Assembly: GCF_006345805.1 (NCBI RefSeq)
Contig: NC_043026.1
Span: 6,076,001 to 6,140,000, forward strand
Reading direction: 5' to 3'
DNA length: 64,000 nucleotides
DNA from: Octopus sinensis
Taxonomy: Eukaryota
Shown: positions 11,778-26,343 of the stretch, in pieces
How the letters are laid out: each line of letters begins with the position of its first letter
Numbering within the stretch: the first letter of the stretch is position 1
Program-made: the position numbers and the translations under genes
Notes under the pieces: generated by a model
The model's database searches: none
What the model saw: only the letters and a program-made list of their open reading frames with translations
What the model was told of the DNA's origin: nothing

Positions 11778-14700
11778 GTAACAGAAAAGAGGAATTTCGG
11801 TTGTCCCCACGTGGTGGATTGTAATGCATATAAGAAAATAAAAAACGGAAAATACGCACACTTACATGGTTATAATATAATTTTTAATGTATCAACCGGT
11901 TTCGCAAACGCTATTCATGATATAATGTTTAATTTATATGAATATATATTTTTTCTTAAGAAGAAATTTGGTCCATGTTGTTTGTAATGAAAATACATAT
12001 ATATTAATAATGCTAAAACTCTATAAGATGTTTGTTTGTACCTGAAATAGTATATTTTATATTAATTTTTTTTTGCATATATATTTTGATAATTATTTTC
12101 TACAGTGCAGTACAAATTTTTTTGATATTAGGACCTCTATTTATTAATGAAAATGATTAAACACAATTTTTGTTTGTTATTTGACAAAAAATACATGGAA
12201 GGACAAACACAGGATGATAAAAACAAAGGGTTTTGCGAAAAAGAAGGGTCCATGTTAACATATGATTACAAAAGAAATATAGCAAGTCTAAAACTCCCAA
12301 TAGGGGGAGGCACTTTGAAAGGTTACTTGTGGAAAAACTCATAAAAGCCAAGGGAGCCTGGTCAAATGGGGTAAGAGCCTTTTCTCCTTTTATATTCCTT
12401 GTTTTTTTTACAGGTGTAATTTCATTTTATTTGTCATCAGGTGATCATAAGCAGTAAGAAGATGAGAAAAGAATTTGGGCTCCCCTGTGAGTTGAATGAT
12501 GCAGCACCCGGTACAGAGAAAGACCCGTATGTTGGGTGCCTGGACAGTGTTGAAGGGGACTATAGTCTGCAAAAGATTGAACTGGACAGAGCTGTTCAGG
12601 TAAGCCATCCTCCTCTTCATCTTCATCATGATCACCACCATCAATATCACCATCACCATCACCATCATCATCATCATCATCATCATCGTTATCATCGTCA
12701 TCATCATCATCATTATCATCACTATCATCATCGTGTGAATTTTCCGAAAGTCCCCTCCCCACCCCCAGGGTCGTCAGCATACATATTTTTTGTTCATATT
12801 CGTTTTCCACGCGCTTATTAACACCCACCCCAGGATGGTTAATTTTTTCTTTTGTTCCTGGGTAAGGATCTTTATATTGACCGAGTTTTCTTCTCTTATA
12901 TGAGCAGCTAAAAAACTGAAGGGCCTCATCAGCCCAGGGTTTGATAAGAGTCTTTGTTAGTGTGATGGCGTTGGGGCTGGTATCTTGATCTGGTGGAGGA
13001 GGGGGCACTAGGAATGCGGCCCAAGTGCCAAGGGGTCGTTAACCTGAAAAAGTTTGGGAACCACTGGTGTAGTGTAACTAGTGCCATGAGATGAGCAGCT
13101 AAAGAGCTGAAGGCCCTCTTTACCAGGGGGTCCGTTTAAGGGTCTGTGACATAACTCATCCCGCAACTTCTTGATGCCACATCTGCATAATACCTCGGTT
13201 CGTTTTATTTGTTTCAGGCTGTCCCCACGACAAAAAACACCTCCTCGCAGACGAGGTGGAGAAATCCACGGACTTCCTGTACGCAGTACGTACCCCGGGA
13301 ATTCACTGAACAAGAGAAAGAGGAAGAACAGCAGGACCCCAAACTGCTGGATTTCATTATAGACGTGACCCCACTGTGAGTAGCAAAGCAAAATTCACAG
13401 ACAACTCATAAATAAATAGACACCCCACCCCCTCCCTGTTTTACCGTTTTATTTGTGTTTGTGCTGTGTGGTAAGTAGGTTGCTTCAAAGCCACATGGTG
13501 CCAGGTTCAATCCCACTGCGTGGCACCTTGGGCCAGTGTCTTCTACTATAGCCTTGGGGCAACCAAAGCCTTGTGAGTGGATTTGGTAGACGGAAACTGA
13601 AAGAAGCCTCTCATATATATGTGTGTATGTATGTGTGTGTGTGTGTATGTGTGTGTGTGTATGTGTGTATGTATGTGTGTGTGTGTGTGTATATGCTTGC
13701 GTGTGTGTGTTTGTCCCCCCACCCTCGCTTGACAACTGATGTTGGTGTGTTTACGTCCCTGTAACTTAGCAGTTCGTCGAAAGAGACCAATAGAATAAGT
13801 ACTAGGCTTACAAAGAATAAGTCCTGGGGTCAATCTGCTCAACTAAAGGTGGTGGTCCAGCATGGCTGCAAACCACATGGTTGTGGGTAGTCTTCCTACC
13901 CACAAAATTGTGGAGGCGCATGGCTCCACAAGGCGCATGATCGTAAGATTGTGGTTTCGATTCCTGGACCGGGCGATGCGTTGTGTTCTTGAGCAAAACA
14001 CTTCATTTCACGTTGCTCCAGTCCACTCGGCTGGCCAAAAAGTGAGTAACCTTGCAAAGGACTAGCGTCCTATCCAGGGGGCAATATATACGCCATGAAA
14101 CTGGGAAATCGGCCGTTGTGAGTCAGCATGACTCGGGACGGTAACTGACTTTACTTTACCCACAAAATTAAGATTCCCCACCACCATCATCTGTATTTGA
14201 ACTCTGAGTGATTCCCACCTTATTGTTGGTGTTGGTGTTGTTGTTGTTGTAGGTTCCAGGAAGCTCTGCAGCAGAATGAAATAACGGACGTGTTCTATGA
14301 CGACTGGCTCCATCTCGGGAAGGAAGTAGATATTTCTGCTGGTCACGTTGACGGCCAGTTAAAGGTATGGCTAAAGCTTTATGAAGACACATTACGTAGA
14401 TTGTTGTTGTTGTTTGTTTGTTTGTTGAGCGAAGCGGTCTTCGTCCCAGAGCTCGCAAGATCGCGCCTCGGGATGGTCTGTAGTGGGAGAAGTACGAAAC
14501 GTGGTCCTTTGCTATTCGTAAGACCCGCAGAAGAGAAAGCAGGTCAACCCCCCCGACACCAAGAGGATCGACGGATGGATGAATGCGCATCCAGGCTCAG
14601 CGGCTGCGTAGGAAGTCGGGGGACAAGAAACAGGAAGAAAGAGTGAGAGAAAGTTGGAGCGAAAGAGTACAACAGGGGTCAACCCCACCCCCTGACGGAG

Positions 14701-16361
14701 CCTCGTGGTGTTGTTGTTGATATCATAATTGTTGTTGTTGCTGTTGGTGTTGAGCGAAGTGGTCTTCGTCCTGGGAGAAGTCCGAATCGTGGTCCTTTGC
14801 TATTCGTAAGACCTGCAGAAGAGAATGCAGGTCAACCCCCCCGACACCGAGAGCATCGACGGATGGACGAATGCGCATCCAGGCTCAGCGGTTGCGTAGG
14901 AAGTCGGGGACAAAAAACAGGAAGAAAGAGTGAGAGAAAGTTGGGGCAAAAGAGTACAACAGGGGTCGCCACAACCCCCTGCTGGAGCCTCGTGGAGCTT
15001 TAGGTGTTTTCGCTCAATAAACACACACAACGCCCAGTCTGGGAATTGAAACCGCGATCCTCTGACTGCGAGTCCGCTGCCCTAACCACTGGGCCATTGC
15101 ACCTCCACTGTTGTTGTTGTGGTTTGTCTTGAATCATAGATATTACACAGCTCCCGGACGATCAGTTAAGATCAGGGGTCATGAGGGCCGCTGTCCGGTG
15201 TTGCTTCTTTTATGAATGTATTTATTTTCTTAAACTTTGTTTATTTGTTGTTGTGTTTGTTTTTTTTTCTCTCCCCCCCCCTCCAGGAGTATCAGTCGTT
15301 TTGTGATTTGCAATACAGCAAAGAGAAGGCGGGAGTGTACATGCAGTGGCACCCGACCATACGAGGTAAGAAGTTCCGTTTGGAAGACAGCTTTGTCATC
15401 ATCATCATGCCGATCATCATCATCATCATCATCATCACCATAATCATCATCGTTGTCATCATCATCATCACCGTCGTCATCATCATCATCATCATCACCA
15501 TCACCATCATCACCACCACCACCACCACAACCATCATCATCATCATCGTCATTGTCATCATCATCATGATCATCACCGTCATCATCATCATCATCATCAC
15601 CATCACCACCACCATCATCATCATCATCACCATCACCACTATCATCATCATCATCACCGTTATCATCATCATCATCATCATCATGATCATCACCACTACC
15701 ATCACAATCATTATCATCATCATCATCACTATCACCATGACCACCACCACCACCACAACCACCATCACCATGACCACCATCATCATCATCATCACCATCA
15801 TTATCATCATCATTACCACCACCATGCCAGCATGGAAAGTGGACATTAAACGACGATGATGATGATGATGATGATGATGATGACCCCTGAATGGTTGGAA
15901 GACCATTTGACCCTGCAAGAAACAGCAGCCAAAGGTCTTTCAAATACATCTTTTTATTATTTCGCAGGTGTTATTGCAATATCAATGGCTGAGAACATTG
16001 GTTTGGATGAACGGATCAATCAAGAATACAGAATTTTATTGAAATCCTCACTTATTTTGATCTGGTCCTTCACAGACCCCATACACCCCCAGGTCAGACT
16101 TTGGTTACTCTTTTTCTCTCTCTTTTACTCTTTTACTTGTTTCCGTCATTTGACTGTGGCCATGCTGGAGCACCGCCTTTTTTAGTCGAGCAAATCGACC
16201 CCGGAACTTATTCTTTTTTGTAAGCCCAGTACTTATTCTATCGGTCTCTTTTTGCCGAACCGCTAAGTGACGGGGACGTAAACACACCAGCATCGGTTGT
16301 CAAGCAATGCTAGGGGGACAAACACAGACACACAAACATATACATACACACATATATATAC

Positions 16362-16394
<33 letters not shown>

Positions 16395-19300
16395 CGACAG
16401 GCTTCTTTCAGTTTCTGTCTACCAAATCCACTCACAAGGCTTTGGTCGGCCCAAGGCTATAGTAGAAAACACTTGCCCAAGATGCCACGCAGTGGGACTG
16501 AAACCGGAACCATGTGGTTGGTAAGCAAGCTAATTACCACACAGCCAATCCTGCACCTATATATATATATATATATATATATACGACAGGCTTCTTTCAG
16601 TTTCCGTCTACCAAATCCACTCACAAGGCATTGGTCGGCCCGAGGCTATAGTAGAAGACACTTGCTGAAGGTGCCACGCAGTGGGACTGAACCCGGAACC
16701 ATGTGGCTGGTTAGCAAGCTTCTTACCACACAGCCACTCCTACGCCTTTCCATCAATCCCTTAATCCTCCAACACGTAATCCCTTAACATTCAGATTACT
16801 CAATCAAATACGACGTTTATTTACCTTCTATCTTTCATCTCTTACTTGTTTTAATCATTAGACTGCGGCCATGCTGGAGCACCGCCTTTCTTTTATTCTT
16901 TTATTCTCATGTTTGTTTCAGTCATTTGACTGAGGCCGTGCTGGAGCACCGCCTTCTAGTTGAACAAATCGACCCCCCCACCACCACCACCACCACCACC
17001 AGGACTTATTCTTTGCAAGCCTAGAACTTATTCTATCGGTCTCTTTTGCCGAACTGCTAAGTTACGGGGATGTAAACACACTGACATCGTTTGTCAAGCG
17101 ATGGTGGGGGAACAAACACAGACACACACACACATTGTAAGGTGACGCTATAGGCTTGGTCTTGCTTTTATCCCCTTCATTGGGCTGCTGTCCTTGTTCA
17201 AACAGGATCAGAGGTATTTCGCCCTTTAGCAATCAGGTTATTACCCTGCCAAATGCAATGCTTATTTATCCACATTTTTAATCTTGCCTTCCAGATTTTG
17301 ATGCTGTGAGCGGGCAGGTGTGAGAGGCTGGACCTGGTCAGTTTCAATGGAAAACTTGTGCAACGTTTGGGCCTGATGTGGCTGGCTTAACCCTTTAGTG
17401 TCCGCATTATTCTGCCAAAATTAATCCTTTTTTATCCACATTGTTTTGAACTAATCAGGCATTATCTTGTAGCTATGAAATTTTGACGAGGTAGCTGTTA
17501 ATTTTTAAGACGATATTGTAGGGTTGGTGTGAGAGACCAGATCTGGCCAGTTTGCACATAAAACAGGTAGAATACTTTTGGCCGGATATGGCCAAAGGGT
17601 TAAATCACATCCCACTGAGTTAAAATGTATGACACACTAGATAATGTAGTCTTAGATACACTATGCCTGAATCAAAGATGGGACGGTAATGGCTGGAACA
17701 TTAACCCTTTAGTGATCGCATTATTCTGCCAAAATTAATCCTTTTTTATCCACATTGTTTCGAACTAATCAGGCATTATCTTGTAGCTATGAAATTTTGA
17801 TGAGGTAGCTGTTAATTTTTAAAACGATATTGTAGGGTTGGTGTGAGAGACCAGATCTGGCCAGTTTGCACATAAAACAGGTAGAATACTTTTGGCCGGA
17901 TATGGCCGGTTTAAATGCTAAAGGGTTAAACTGGCCAAATCTGGCCCAATATATTCTACATGTTTTATATTCAAACTGGTGATATCTAGCCTCTCACTCC
18001 TAACCTACAATGCCATTCTGAAAATAAACAATCACATCATTGAAACCTCAAAGATATAACGTAATGCATGATTAATTCAAAACAATTTGAGTGGAAAAGT
18101 ATTACAGCGCAGGAGTGGCTGTGTGGTAAGTAGCTTGCTAACCAACCACATGGTTCCGGGTTCAGTCCCACTGCGTGGCATCTTGGGCAAGTGTCTTCTA
18201 CTATAGCCCCGGGCCGACCAATGCCTTGTGAGTGGATTTGGTAGACGGAAACTAAAAGAAGCCTGTCGTATATATGTATATATATATATATGTGTGTGTG
18301 TGTATATATATATGTGTGTATATATATGTGTGTGTATATATATGTGTGTGTGTGAATCCCGGACCGGGCTGCGTGTTGTGTTCTTGAGCAAGACACTTTA
18401 TTTCACGTTGCTCCAGTTCATAGGTGCCAAGCTGTATCGACCTTTGTCTTTCCCTTGGATAACACTGGTGGCGTGGAGAGGGGAGGCCGGTATGCATGGG
18501 CGACTACTGGTCTTCCATAAAAACAACCTTGCCCAGACTTGTGCCTCAGAGGGTAACTCTCTAGGTGCAAACCCATGGTCACTCATGACCGAAGGGGGTC
18601 TTTACCCTTTACCCCTGTGTGTATATGTGTTTGTCCCCCTAGCATTGCTTGACAACCGATGCTGGTGTTTTTACGTCCCCATCACTTAGCAGTTCGGTAA
18701 AAGAGACCGATAAAATAAGTACTGGGCTTACAAAGAATAAGTCCCGGGGTCGATTTGCTCGACTAAAGGCGGTGCTCCAGCATGGCCGCAGTCAAATGAC
18801 TGAAACAAATAAAAGAGTAACATTTAACAGAGTAATCTGAACACTAAAGGGTTAAATTTTAAAGGGTTAAATTGGCCATATCCTTCCTTTCATACTTTAC
18901 CTATAATGACATTTTGAAGCTAATCAGTCTTAGAATGGAAATCTTGAAGTTGCATTCATCCGTCTTTCATTGTTCCACTTTTTTCACAACTATTGGAACT
19001 GATGTTGAATTCTCTTTTTCAATTTTTCTCAGCTGATGTTAGAGGCCCCCGAAGATGTCTTTTGCTTCCAGTTCAGCCCATCGGACCCTAACATCATTGC
19101 CGGCGGCTGTTTTAATGGCCAGGTGGTGCTGTGGGACATCACCGAACATGTGAACAGGTTGAAACAACCGAGACCAGGACAAAAAAAGCGGAATGTATAT
19201 CTGGTCAGTCCATTTTTGTTTTTTGTTTTTTTGTTATTCGTTTCTGTTTCACATTTTGCAAACAAACGTTGGTAGCGAATGTCTTCCCCTAGCAGTGTAA

Positions 19301-22300
19301 TCAAGCGGGCTCATATGCACCACAAAACCATACGAGAGGTTTTTCTCTCGCAGTAATTATTGCAGCAGTGTGTGTTCTGACACCAACATCCACTTTTAAT
19401 CCTTCGACAGAGAAATGAAATTTCCTGGTCATCCCAGTAATTATGTCAAATATCTATCAAAAAATACAATCGGTAATTTCATCATCATCATCATCATCAT
19501 TTAGCGTCCGTTCTCCATGCTGGCATGGGTTGGACGGTTCAACTGGGGTCTGGGAAGCCAGGCCCAGTCTGATCTGGCAGTGTTTCTACAGCTGGATGCC
19601 CTTCCTAATGCCAACCACTCCATGAGTGTAGTGGGTGCTTTTTACGTGCCACCGGCACGGGGGCCAGACGAAGCCGGCAATGGCCACGGTTGGATGGTGC
19701 TTTTTACGTGCCACCGGCATGGAGGCCAGTCAGGCGGCGCTGGCAACGGCCACGTTCGGATGGTTCTCTTACGTGTCACCGGCACTGGTATCACAGCTAC
19801 AAATTCCATTGATGTTGATAGATTACGATTTTGATTTTGATTTTGAATTTTCACTATTCTGATTTTCACAATTTCTGTAATAAAATTGCCTCAGTAAACT
19901 TGACATATCTCAACAGAAAATAGTTCCAAACATGACACTCCTCAACAAAAGATAAATTGGTAAATAAAACTGTTTTCTGTAGTTAAGGATCATAGGCAAT
20001 GTCAGAATGAATTCTTAAGGCTTATAAACCAATGTCGCCATCGATGAGAATGCAATTCTATATCTTTGAGTGAGATCGTTGCCAGAGCAACAAGCTGGCC
20101 TTCGTGCCGGTGGAACGTTAAACACACCATTCGAGCGTGATCGTTACCACATCGCCTCACTAGCACTTGTGCTGGTAGTACGGGAAACATCCTAGCGAGG
20201 TCGTCGCCAGTGCCGCTGGACTGGCTCCTGTGCAGGTGGCACATAAAAAGCACCATTTGGGCATGGCTGTTGCCAGTACCACCAAACTGGCCCCTGTGCC
20301 GGTTGCACGTAAAAGGTACCCACTACACTCTTGGAGTGGTTGGCATTTAGGAAGGGCATCCAACTGTAGAAACTCTGCCAGATCAAGATTGGAGCCTGGT
20401 GCAGCCATCTGGTTTGCCAGTCTTCAATCAAATCGTCCAACCCATGCTAGCATGGAAAGTGGACGTTAAATGATGATGATGATGATGATGACGAGATACC
20501 TAAAAAACTCCTTAAGGTGACGCTCCAGCATGGCCACAATCAAACGAGTGAAACGAGTAAAAAATAAAAGAATAAATCATTGTTTCTCTATGACTGATTT
20601 TTTAGTTTTTTGTCTTTTATTTTTTGAATTCCAAAGCCTGGTTTTGAAGATCCTTCCTATTTCCAAACTCCTGTCCTTCGCAACTGTGCAACGTCCAGCA
20701 TTGAGCACAGCCACACTGGTTGCATCACAGACCTGCAGTGGTTACCCGATCACTTTGAGGTAAGTTCTATGATTATCATGGCTTGATGGACATTCTTTCA
20801 ACTCTTTGTCATCACTCAGTTTTGTTAAGGCAGGAAGCTGGTAGAGTTGTTAGCATGCCGGGCGAAATGCTTAGTGGTATTTAGTCTGTCTTTACGTTGT
20901 GAGTTCGAATTCCGCCTTTCATCGACTTTGCCTTTCATCCTTTCGGGGTCGATAAATTAAGTACCAGTTACGCACTGGGGTCGATGTAATCGACTTAATA
21001 CCTATGTCTGTCCTTGTTTGTCCCCTCTGTGTTTAGCCCCTTGTGGGTAGTGAAGAAGTAGGTATTTCGCCCGTTGCTATGTTCTGAGTTCAAATTCCGC
21101 GGAGGTCGACTTTGCCTTTCATCTTTTCAGGGTCGATAAATTAAGTACCAGTTGAGTACTGGGGTCGATCTAATCAGCTGGCCTCCTCCCCCAAAATATA
21201 TAAGTAGCGATCGTGACACACACCACGAAGAAATGATCAAGCTCAATAACGATCTGTTAAGCAACAACAACCCCAAAAGTGTTCTATCCACTCCAATTAT
21301 GAAGGAGAGGATGAGACCAATAAACTGTCCACAGTCTGTCTACCCTATGTGAAAGGCCTCTCCGAAAAAGTACAAAAGATATGTGGCCCATATGACATCA
21401 GGACAGTATTCAAGAGTAATACAGCACTTTGCAAATATCTCCTTTGAGTAAAACCATCAATAGAAGAGAATGTGACCAAAGACTGCGTGTACTCCATCCC
21501 ATGCAGCTGTGGTTATACAAAGGTGAAACATGCTGCCCTCTGAAAATAAGGGTAGAGGAACATCGCAAAGCTGTGACATGAGGAGATATTGATAAATCGG
21601 GTATAGCTGACCATGTATGGAAAAACGGAGACCCCCCCCTGTGGGATGAAGTTGAAATAATAGAGAGAGAACTACCGCTGGGAAATACGAAAACTAAAAG
21701 AAGCAGCACATATGGTCTTTACATTCTCTGTTCAAATTCTGCTGAGCTCCACTTTGCCTTTCATCGTTTTGGAGCTGATTAAATAAATACCAGTTGAACC
21801 CTGGGGTCAATGTAATCGACTTAGCTCCTCCTCAGAAATTGCCGGCCTTGTTCCAAAATCTGAAACCATTATTATTATTGTTGTTGTTGTTTTGGTTGTT
21901 GTTATGGTTAAGGTGGTGAGTCATGGCTTGGAGTTTAACTGCTCTTTCTAGTGAGTCAGATATTCTATTTTCTGGGTATCTCTTATGGTGTTTGAACGTA
22001 CACTGTATTCTCTGTATAATGTATAGTCTACTGACTAAATCCTTTTCCTTCTCGGTAGACCACTGGTAGCTAAGAATTTTTTCGATAAATATTCTTGCAA
22101 ACCTAAGATTTTAGTTAATGATTAAAGGCGTCTCTGTGGCGCAATCGGTAAGCGCGTTCAGCTGTCAACCAAAAGGTTGGTGGTTCAAGCCAACCCAAAG
22201 ACGATTAAACAAATTTATAGGCGCAGGAGTGGCTGTGTGGTAAGTAGCTTGCTAACCAACCACATGGTTCCGGGTTCAGTCCCACTGCGTGGCACCTTAG

Positions 22301-25184
22301 GCAAATGTCTTCTGCTATAGCCTCGGGCCGACCAAAGCCTTGTGAGTGGATTTGGTAGACGGAAACTGAAAGAAGCCCGTCGTATATATGTATATATATA
22401 TATATATGTATGTGTGTTTGTGTTTGTCCCCCTAGCATTGCTTGACAACCGATGCTGGTGTGTTTATGTCCTCGTCACTTAGCGGTTCGGCAAAAGAGAC
22501 CGATAGAATAAGTACTGGGCTTACAAAGAATAAGTCCTGAGGTCGAGTTGCTCGACTAAAGGCGGTGCTCCAGCATGGCCGCAGTCAAATGACTGAAACA
22601 AGTAAAAGAGTAAAAGAAAAAAGAGTAAAAAATATTTATCTATTTTTCCAGATATCCAGATATGGCATTCCTACAGAAAATCATGAAGGACAATGCTGTC
22701 AGCTGATGACCTGTGGTGGTGATTTGTGAGTTTTCAATTTATTGATGCTGTGGGCTTCTTATACTATTATTATATACTATTATTATATAACCCTACATCA
22801 AACCAGGGTCCATATCGCCCTTCGGCCCCACAGATGATCTTGCTGATGACAATTTATGTAGAATAATTTGCTTATTCTTCTAAAATACACAAAATATCTT
22901 AACAATCTTTTCTTATACATCATCATCAACATCAACATTTAACGTCTGTTTTTCCATGTTGGCATGGGTTGGACAGCTTGACAGGAGCTGGCAAAGTCAG
23001 GGCCTGCATCAGCTTCTACAGACTGTTTTGGTATGCCTTCTACAGCTGGATGCCCTTCCTAATGCCAACCACTCCACAGAGTGTACTGGGTGTTTTTTAA
23101 TGTGGAACCTGCACCAATGCATTTTTGTGTGGCACCATCACCTGTGCTTTTTACGTGGCACCATCACCTGTGCTTTTCCCATAACCCAGCACCAGTGCTT
23201 TTAATTCCTAATAATATCTTTATATATAAAATTGAAGTTGTGTGTGTGAGACTCTGTCTCCTCCGATTTAGATTCCTAACTACTCCCACATTTTGCGGTG
23301 CAGTTTAACCAAAACCGGGTATCTTATAGTCGTCATTCATATCGAGCCCTTCTGGGTATTAGCGCGTGTCTACGATGAGTCTACGATTTAAAAAAAATTT
23401 ACCATCATTTTTCCGCATTTTTAATGAATTTTGCTCGGGTTATATAAGGGAAGTAACTCTCTAAAAATGCTTGTATAGTTATTTTCCTTACAAACCCGAG
23501 CAACGCCAGGCGATACTGCTAGTTTAAATATAAAAACATAAGATTTTTTAAACATCAAAACATCAAATGGTGAGAAGGGTCTATCTGAATAAAATAATAA
23601 TTGAAGGGGCCCAAAGGCAAAAAAATAGTTGGAGACCCCTAATTTCAGATGAGAAATTCTTAAATGCAACATTCTTCATAATTTCACTTCATACAGTTTT
23701 TGCAAGTTGTTGTCACAAAACCATTTCTTTCTTTGTGGTTTTTTTTTTTTCCAGTCAGGTATATTTCTGGGACATTCGAAACCCCAAATCACAGAGTCAT
23801 GATGCCGAGAAAATGGCAGAAGTTTTGCGCGACAGAAACAAAGTTGGTCTTCCAGACACATTCCAGTACCTGGATCTCACCTGGAAACCTTTAATGAGGG
23901 TACATTTACCTTTTATTTATTTATTTATTTATTTATTTATTTTTTAACTTATTTCTGTTATTAGACTGTGCACATGCTGGAGCACTACCGCAAAAGAATT
24001 TGGGTGGGGGGAACGAATCATTTTTTTAAAAACCTGGTACTTATTTTGTTGATGTCTTTTCCCAAACTGCTAAGTCGCAGACATATAAACACACCTCCAC
24101 CAATTGTCAAGAACTGACAAGTGACAAACACTGACACAAAGATACACACACACACACACATGACAGGCTTCTTTCAGTTTCCTTGACAAGGCTTCGGCTG
24201 GCAGGGGCCATAATATAAGACACTTGCCCAAGATGTCACACAGTGAGATTGAACCTGGAACCATGTGGTTGGGAACCAAACTTTTATCACACAGCCACAC
24301 CTGCTCATTACGTATATATACATACTCTTTTATTCTTTTACTTGTTTCAGTCATTTGACTGCGGCCATGCTGGAGCACCGCCTTTTAGTCAACCCCAGGA
24401 CTTAGTCTTTGTAAGCCTAGTACTTATTATATCGGCCTCTTTTTGCCGAACCGCTAAGTTATGAGGATGTAAACACACCAGCATCGGTTGTCAAGCGATG
24501 TTGGGGGGGACAAACACGAACGGACAAACACACATATACATATATAAAAATCGGCATGAACTTTCCGGACAACCCAAGTAAAAAAGACCACCCAGTCCAT
24601 TATGTAATGTGGTCGGCAATCGGAAAAGCATCCAGCTGTAAAAAGAAAACATAGGCGCAGGAGTGGCTGTGTGGTAAGTAGCTTGCTAACCAACCACATG
24701 GTTCCGGGTTCAGTCCCACTGCGTGGCACCTTGGGGCAAGTGTCTTCTGCTATAGCCCCGGGCCGACCAATGCCTTGTGAGTGGATTTGGAGGATGGAAA
24801 CTGAAAGAAGCCTGTCGTATATGTGTATATATGTATATATATATATATGTGTGTGTGTGTGTTTGTGTGTCTGTGTTTGTCCTCCATGCATTGGTTGACA
24901 ACTGATGTTGGTGTGTTTACGTCCCCGTAACTTAGCGGTTCGGCAAAATAGACCGATAGAATAAGTACTGGGCTTACAAAGAATAAGTCCTGGGGTCGAG
25001 TTGCTCGACTAAAGGCGGTGCTCCAGCATGGCCACAGTCAAATGACTGAAACAAGTAAAAGAATAAAAAAGTAAAGAGAGTGGAGCTTGGTGCTCTCCTC
25101 TGGCTCACCAGCTCCTTGTGAAACCGTCCAACCCACGCCAGCACGGAAAATGGATGTTGAATGGGTGTTAAATGATGACGGTAA

Positions 25185-25218
<34 letters not shown>

Positions 25219-25785
25219 GGTGGTGGTGTGGTGGTGGTGGTGGTGGTGGCGGTGGTGGCGGTGGCGGCGGCGGCGGCGAAGATGTTGATGATGATGAGGA
25301 TGATGATAATGGTGATGATGATGATGAGGATGATGATAATGGTGATGATGATGATGGTGGTGGTGGTGGCTGGGGTGGTGGTGGTGGTGGTGAAGATGAT
25401 AATGATGATGATGATAATGGTGATGATGATGATGATGACGATGATGATGATGATGCTGATGGTAATGATGATGATGATGATGATGATGGTGATGATGATG
25501 GTAATGATGATGATGATGATGATGATGACTGGGCTAATTTAGGTTTTCTAAGATTAAATATTGAAATTTGCAGGTTCAAGTGACCAAACCCGACTGTAAC
25601 AAGGACTGTGCCATCATGAAGTTCAGCATCGGCGAACGACAAGGGGACAGGTCGTGTAAGTAGTCTGGCCATCCTTCTCTCTCTCTTTCTTCCTACCTGT
25701 CTGCTTCTCTTCCTTTCTCTCCCTCTCCCCTTCTCTCTTTTTCTGTCTCTCTATCTTCATCTCTCTCTCTCTCTCACACACATGC

Positions 25786-25858
<73 letters not shown>

Positions 25859-26287
25859 GAATGGTTGTATACTGTCAATCTAACAAGAACGTGACAGTAG
25901 GGGGTACACCACCGTTGTATAGCCCTAGGAGGCATCGAACGCCTCCTGACAGCTTCGACACATTTTTTTTCCCTGTGTCCTTATATACATATACGAAGGG
26001 GAGTATATACATATACTCTAGGCCGATGAAGGACAATGATCCTGAAACACGGTGTCCCTAGATGCAGTTCCGGCGGCCGGGGGTGTTTGTCTCCCCTTCG
26101 TATATGTATATAAGGACACAGGGAAAAAAATGTGTCGAAGCCATCAGGAGGCGTTCGATGCCTCCTAGGGCTATACAACGGTGGTGTACCTCCTACTGTC
26201 ACGTTCTTGTTAGATTGACAGTATACAACCATTCTATCGCCCCACCACCGTACATGTCTCTACGAGAAATTTAGAAATTCAATATTT

Positions 26288-26343
<56 letters not shown>

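Noticed and set aside
15212-15949. Poly-Ile, poly-Asp and poly-Met ORFs (also 24974-25672, 32570-33283, 12445-13008)
   Set aside because: Translations of (CAT)/(GAT) tracts; only the short flanking DNAI3 exon parts are real.
16297-16787. Recurrent ORFs such as [13 protein letters not shown]... and ...[16 protein letters not shown]...
   Set aside because: Chance translations of SINE A repeated across the window.
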